Origin: Chrysomallon squamiferum
Taxonomy: Eukaryota > Animalia > Mollusca
DNA length: 64,000 bases
Reading direction: 5' to 3'
Assembly (NCBI GenBank): GCA_012295275.1
Contig: CM022676.1
Span: 7,626,001 to 7,690,000 of the forward strand
The position numbers were made by a program, and so were the translations under genes. How positions within the stretch are numbered: the stretch's first letter is position 1; each line of letters starts with the position of its first letter. Of the stretch, positions 44,950-64,000 are shown piece after piece. Under the pieces are notes generated by a model. It worked only from the letters and a program-made list of their open reading frames with translations, was not told the origin of the DNA and ran no database searches.

Positions 44950-45995
44950 ATGAAATTAACTGAAATACCATTAATCAGTTCCAGACCCCCAAAATAAACC
45001 CATTTTTTTTTTTTTTAAACCTGCTTTTTAAATAAGAAAAATGTATTTAGAGATGACAAATATTGTATAAAAAAATAAAAGAGAATGTAAAGAAATAAAT
45101 TGATTTTCTAAACTGTATTTATCTTGGCGATCAGACAAATTATTTTAACGCCTTTTGATGGAGTTATAGCGTTTATCGACTCCTTCAGCTTCAGTATGGT
45201 ACATATAGTAAAAGTACTACGCTCGTACTGCCTATCCAAATCGACTACATGCACACTTTGCTCATGTTTTTCTATGATTTCATGTTTTAATTCAATGGAA
45301 GAATTTAAAAGAAGAAGACAGCGAAGAAACTCTTCTTATATTAACAAGAGTGAATACAAGAAAGTAGTGAAGAAAAGATTAAAATAATAACAATATTAAT
45401 TAAACTATATTTTTATCAACAGTAGTCAAAACTGAAATAATGGAAATGATTTTAAGTTAATCTGTATGTCCGTATTATTGGAATGTGTTTTGTAGTACGT
45501 AAATTGTTGTCACGGTGACTAGTTAGACTGGATTTACTGCATTATATTTACACATTATATTTCGTATCAAACATTCCGGGCAAGAAACCTAATAAACTTT
45601 GTCCTGTCACGGTGACTAGTCTGACTGGTATTAATACTGTAAAGCTGGCTCGTCCCGTCAAAGGGCGGCAAACTATAATAGCGTCACGTGACAACGTATT
45701 AATGATCTCAGTCAAGTGTAAGAGGTGTATTTAGGTTTCTGTATTCAGTTCAGTCGATTTAGTTTGTGAATAACATGTACAATAAATCAGAGGTTATCTT
45801 ACAAACAGTTAAACGGAGGTTCGTTGTACTTGTCAAACAGCGATTAAACCTGATAAGTTACCAGAATAAAATAAAAAACTTGGCGGTGAAAACTATTTTA
45901 TGTTAACAGCAGTAAAGACAAGAAAGTAGTAAAGAAAAGAGAACAAAACTAAAACTGTATTTGTATTAACATCAGTGAAAACTAAAACACTGAAA

Positions 45996-55682
<9,687 letters not shown>

Positions 55683-57425
55683 TCTTCCGAAGGCACTTTC
55701 ATAAAACGTTAAATAAGGCTAAATTGTTAGACGATTTTTGTTAAAGTGTAAAGACTACAAACTTTTATTTTCTACAGTGACACCAGATTTGAACTGTGTA
55801 AATAGCTAGCTGTGAACATTGTGAGCTTGTTACGAACATTTTAATCAGTTATTAAATGAGAATTTCTACCATTCATTGCCTTTGTGTGAATTGTGACTGT
55901 AACTGTTAAACTTAGTCACGAAAAATGAGCGTATTTACAGAAAAACACAAAAATAATTATCCTCAGTTGTAAATAGATGCAGAATACATACATACATACA
56001 TACTCACATGTATACAGACTTAACTAATTACCTACATACATATCTACACACATGCAAACATAGAAATACACACAGCTGTAAGGTAAAATACTTTCATACG
56101 TATCGACCGACATATTATATAAAAGAAAGAAAAGAAACACGTATGAAAAAAAAAACAAATGCGAAAAAAAAAAGAACCCGAAAAAAAAAATACTGGGCAA
56201 ATTTAATTATGAGAAATACAAAGCTGTATCTCATGTCTCACAGCTGTATTTAGAAAAAAATATGTTCAACCACCAAGAGAATATTTTACAAATAATTTTC
56301 TTGTGAAATAGGAAATAAATAACCGAGGTTAAATGATTTTAATAAAATACAAATATTCAGTTAAAATACAAATATACAGTCACATGAGATTTGAACTGTG
56401 TAAATAGTTACCTATGAGAAAAGTTATAAACATTTTAATGAGTTTCTAATCTCGAATTTAAACAGTTCATTACCATTTTGTGAAATGTGTAACTGTTGGA
56501 AATTATCACCTACATACCTAGCTAGATACCTGCAAACATAGAAATATACATACCTATAAGGTAATATACCATCATACGTATATACGAACATAAACACAAC
56601 ACGCATAAAAGAAAAAAAGACTCGTACTGAGAAAAATTAGTTAAATGACATGTCTGAGAGCTGTATTTAGGTTGCTCGATGCAGTCGACTGCATCTAGTA
56701 TATTGAAATATATATTTTCAACCATCCAGAAAATGTTTCATGAAACATGAAGTAAACCAGACAAGTTAGCAAAAAAAAAAAAAAAAAAAAAAAAAAGGTG
56801 TTGAAAATTATATTTATATCATCAGCAGTGGTAATAAGAAACTAGTGAAGAAAAGATAATAAAGAAAAAAAAAAAAAAATTTTTTATTTTGTACGTCTGC
56901 TTAGTGTCTGCACGTCGACAGTGTTCAGTAACGTCGTCCGCCTTGTGAGTGTGGTGAATGGCGTGTGAAGCGATGAATGAGATCAGTTTAAACTAGATAT
57001 CGTCGCGCTGAAAAGCAGTCACGTGTTAGTCAGATAACCTTTACGTCACGTTTTAGGTCAAGTCGGACATGTCCGAAGATTTCTCAGTCGGTGATTTTAT
57101 GATAGTGCTTGTATTTACAACTAAATATTATTCTTTTGTGGTATCAACGAACTACTGAAGTCAGTTGAGTGGATCTAATGTATTATAGATGTTATTATAC
57201 AAAGAATAAAACAGGTGTTTTTCTTGTGAAACAGGAAGTAAACGTGGTAACGTAACAAAAGAAAAGAAAACAAGGAAGAATTTGAAATAAGAAGATTGCG
57301 AAGGAACTCTTTTCACAGTAATAGGAGTGAAAACAAGAAAGTAGTGATGACGAGATAAAAACAACTAACAATAATAAATCTAGTTTTTTTTATTATTAGC
57401 GGCAGTGAAAACTAAAATACTTGAA

Positions 57426-60332
57426 ATGAGTTATAAGTTATTCTGTGTTATCGTGTTCCTGGGATGTATATTGTATGTGCAAGGTATGTATTTTATATTC
57501 AGATTATTTATCTCTATCTGAGTTAATGTAACTGTGAAATCTGGGTTGAGTGACGTTGTGTATGGACGATGGTTATGGATAAATAGTCCTAATTTCTTTA
57601 ACTGATTTATTATCTGTGTGACTGTAAATATAAGTAGACATTGTACATATTAATACAGTGAATTCATGATTACGTTGACAACGCAGTGCACATTAAAACA
57701 GTCAGTCATTGGTTACGTTAATATTGCAGTACATATTGATACAGTCGGTCCATGGTTACGTTTTCAATGCAGTACACATTGATACAGTCGGTCCATGGTT
57801 ACGTTGACAATGCAGTACACATTGATACAGTCGGTCCATGGTTACGTTGACAATGCAGTACACATTGATACAGTCGGTCCATGGTTACGTTGACAACGCA
57901 GTACACATTAATACAATCAGTTCATGGTTACGTTGACAATGCAGTACACATTAATACAATCAGTTCATGGTTACGTTTTCAATGCAGTACACATTAATAC
58001 AATCAGTTCATGGTTACGTTTTCAATGCAGTACACATTGATACAGTCGGTCCATGGTTACGTTGACAATGCAGTACACATTGATACAGTCGGTCCATGGT
58101 TACGTTGACAACGCAGTACACATTAATACAATCAGTTCATGGTTACGTTGACAATGCAGTACACATTGATACAGTCGGTCCATGATTACGTTGACAACGC
58201 AGTACACATTAATACAATCAGTTCATGGTTACGTTGACAATGCAGTACACATTGATACAGTCGGTCCATGGTTACGTTGTCAATGCAGTACACATTGATA
58301 CAGTCAGTTCATGGTTACGTTGACAACGCAGTACACATTAGTACAGTCAGTTCATGGTTACGTTGACAATGCAGTACACATTAATACAATCAGTTCATGG
58401 TTTCAACGCAGTACACATTAATACAATCAGTTCATGGTTACGTTGACAATGCAGTACACATTAATACAGTCAGTTCATGGTTACGTTGACAACGCAGTAC
58501 ACATTAATACAGTCAGTTCATGGTTACGTTGACAATGCAGTACACATTAATACAATCAGTTCATGGTTACGTTGACAACGCAGTACACATTAGTACAGTC
58601 AGTTCATGGTTACGTTGTCAACGCAGTGCACATTAATACATTCAGTTCATGGTTACGTTATCAACGCAGTACACATTAGTACAGTCAGTTCATGGTTACG
58701 TTATCAACGCAGTACACATTAGTACAGACAGTTCATGGTTACGTTGACAACGCAGTACACATTAATACAGTCAGTTCATGGTTACGTTCACAACGCAGTA
58801 CACATTAGTACAGTCAGTTCATGGTTACGTTGTCAACGCAGTGCACATTAATACATTCAGTTCATGGTTACGTTATCAACGCAGTACACATTAGTACAGT
58901 CAGTTCATGGTTACGTTATCAACGCAGTACACATTAGTACAGTCAGTTCATGGTTACGTTGACAACGCAGTACACATTAATACAGTCAGTTCATGGTTAC
59001 GTTGACAATGCAGTACACATTAATACAATCAGTTCATGGTTACGTTGACAATGCAGTACACATTAATACAGTCAGTTCATGGTTACGTTGACAATGCAGT
59101 ACACATTAATACAGTGAATTCATGATTACGCTCATGGGATCACTTTATAAATAAAATTATGATTTAATAACACGATTTATTAGTGGAAATTAAATGATAT
59201 ATTTTTTTTATAATCAGCTTAGATGTAGGTGTTCTCAGTACAGTTTCTCTATGTACTATAAACATCATTAGTTTGTTATTTTGACGGAAAACGTTTTATA
59301 GTTTAAACAAGAACGAAAAGCAATTCTAATGATATAAAGTAATGTCGTAGAATGTAATATACTACTATAGAATATAGTATAATATCATACCAAAACAATA
59401 ATATTAATAATTATAAAATACAAATTAATGTAGAGTCTAGCATATATGTAATTATAAAAAAATAATTTTGTTAAGATTAGTTCAATTTAATTTTTAATTT
59501 TTATTTTAATTTTAGTTACTTTTCATCAGTTTTTTTCTTCTAATTTAAGGTCAACATTATAGATTAACAACATCAGGCAGATATGCAGTTGGCGGATCAC
59601 TTTTTACTTTCACCTGTCGGAGGGATTTTTCTTCTCCTGTAATTACCTGGTTCGTGAATAACACAGAATACAGGATTCATGTAATAGGAAGCCATGGTCA
59701 GTGTGATGTTTTTGATGAATATCCAAAAGAATACAGTTTTCACTGTGATATAAATCTACTCATATTAAAATCTGTCAAACTCAGTCAACAAGGAACAGAG
59801 TGGAGATTTTAAATCACAAAGCAATGAAATAAAACTTGAAGTGAGAGGTAAAATCAGTTTGATCATTATCATTCTAGGAAATACGTAGTATTAATGATAA
59901 TTAAGCAATAAACTTAATAAAACTAAACCGTTCTGTAACTCATAGGTTTTATGTTTATAATTACCATTCTAGAATATCTGTACTGCTACTGATATCTAAA
60001 CAAAACATCTGAATAGAACAAAACAAGATTGGAAGTCAGATGTATTATCGGTTGCATGTTTATAATTATCTTTTTAGGAAATATGCTCTGTAAATGATAA
60101 CTAAATAAAGCATCTGAATGCAACAAATAATACTTGAAATGATAGGTCAAAAACCTTTAATTTAATAGATTGTAATTGCAGAAGATAAGAATTATTCATT
60201 TATTTTAATATTTAAATATATTTACATTTTTTCATGAAAGAATGTCCAGCATAATTATATGATAAAACAAATACGTACCTACGTATATGAACACAAATCA
60301 ACAAGTTTCTTACAGTGTTGCTCCGGTTTATG
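57426..60332 (+). pseudogene. IgSF copy D pseudogene
   Basis: Leader 57426-57483 (MSYKLFCVIVFLGCILYVQG); Ig1 59550-59847 stops at ..QGTEWRF*; the intron then jumps to a tail-exon remnant ending at 60332, with Ig2 to TM deleted. Confidence 0.8.
57640..59130. repeat. 43-bp minisatellite, ~34 units
   Basis: Unit TACACATTAATACAGTCAGTTCATGGTTACGTTGACAATGCAG with point variants and no unique spacers. Confidence 0.95.
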
Positions 60333-61216
60333 GTAAGTACACACACACATAGACAGGCATAAGGGCACACACATACACACACACAAACACAAACACACGT
60401 ATATGGACACAAATACACACATACACACTCACACAGATAGATACAGCGATGGTTACAATCAGTTATTGAGCAATCTTTCCAAGGTTGTCTTGATGGTCGA
60501 ATTGTAATGTCGTCCGTCTTCGGAGTAGGGGCGACTGGTTGATATACGTTCGCGGTTTCTGATATCGTGATTGGACTTTGTCCTGGTGCGCCAGTACCAT
60601 TCCCGAATATTGTCTATGTACAGTCTAATCAGACGTACATAAGACAGATATTGTTTAAATCCTAAAATACAAAAACATATATAAGTGTATGCATACATAC
60701 ATAAAACATTTATAGAAACACACATATTTATGCATATACACACATATATATTATGTGCACCTCTATACATATACACACTTACACATCGATTCTTACGTGT
60801 ATATATATAGACAGGTAGATAGATATACATAGAACGAGAGATAACGTATATGTAAAAATAAAAAATAAACATATTGACTTTTTCAATTATATCTGTTTTT
60901 GTACTTGCACACACACACACACACACACACAGTCACCCACACACACAGACACACACACAGACACACACACACACAGACACACACACAGAGAGACACACAT
61001 ATTAATGTGATTAATGTCATGTCCGAACATAACATTTGCACGCCAGTTCAAATCTGGTGTAACTGTAGAAACTAAATATTTGTATTTTAATAAAATTATT
61101 TAACAATTTGACCTTCGTTAATTGTTCATGAAAATGTCTTACGAAGTTTATGATTAACAAATAAACTTGTTTTCTTCTTTATAATTCACTCATATTACAT
61201 CATTTAATATCAAACT

Positions 61217-63492
<2,276 letters not shown>

Positions 63493-63763
63493 CTTGCAAT
63501 GGAAAACAATTGTTTTGAAATATATATATATATATATCTGTTTATATATCTGTCTGTACATATGTGCATGCATAATATATAATGTTAATATAACAGAATA
63601 TAATATAATAAACACAATACGATATTAAGATAGCATGGTTCTTAAATAGGCAGAAAGACAGGCAGGCAGGCAGAATAAAAAACAAACTTAAACTGTTACA
63701 TATAGGAAATTAGATAGAAATATACATATACATATACATATATATATATAGATATAGATATAG

Positions 63764-63795
<32 letters not shown>

Positions 63796-64000
63796 GATGA
63801 TAGACTGACAGACCAACGCATACATAAACAGTAAGTAGGTAGGTAAATAGACAGATAGATAGATAGACAAACTGATTGACTGACTGATTGATCGAGCGAT
63901 TGATTGGTGTATTGTTTGGAAGACAAACAGATAAACAGACAGAGGTAAATATTATATCAACATTTAAACCACAAGATCTCCAGTTTTTAGAAATTAAACT

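Noticed and set aside
57640-59130. CRISPR-like appearance of the regular 43-bp array (also 46290-46760)
   Set aside because: Units are contiguous with no unique spacers, no cas genes are present and the context is a eukaryotic intron.
60470-60600. GC-richer insert with a GTTCG motif, possible tRNA or SINE head
   Set aside because: No cloverleaf or convincing A/B box spacing could be built by eye.

Overview
AT-rich, microsatellite-dense eukaryotic DNA with GT-AG introns; an invertebrate, probably a mollusc (inferred from protein style only). Most listed ORFs are simple-repeat artefacts, and the real genes had to be spliced by hand. Left third: (1) a 6-exon two-TM protein with a long coiled coil and a C-terminal alpha/beta (TIR/SEFIR-like?) domain, broken by a 1-nt frameshift; (2) a secreted single-Ig protein; (3) a secreted polyprotein whose tandem exons encode four nearly identical His/Asp-rich knottin-pattern peptides separated by KR/KK sites; (4) an orphan type I membrane protein. 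From ~20.6 kb to the end lies a birth-and-death cluster of IgSF receptors (leader, V-C2-V-C2 Ig, TM, tail built from a repeated 105-nt Tyr-motif exon with ITAM/ITIM-like motifs). It holds one intact copy, one decaying copy and three remnants, preceded by a ~785-bp tandem array that multiplies the leader exon and an opposite-facing putative first exon. Penelope-like, Tc1 and MITE fragments and a paralog-linked 43-bp minisatellite are interspersed. No database searches were run; family names come from motif recognition.
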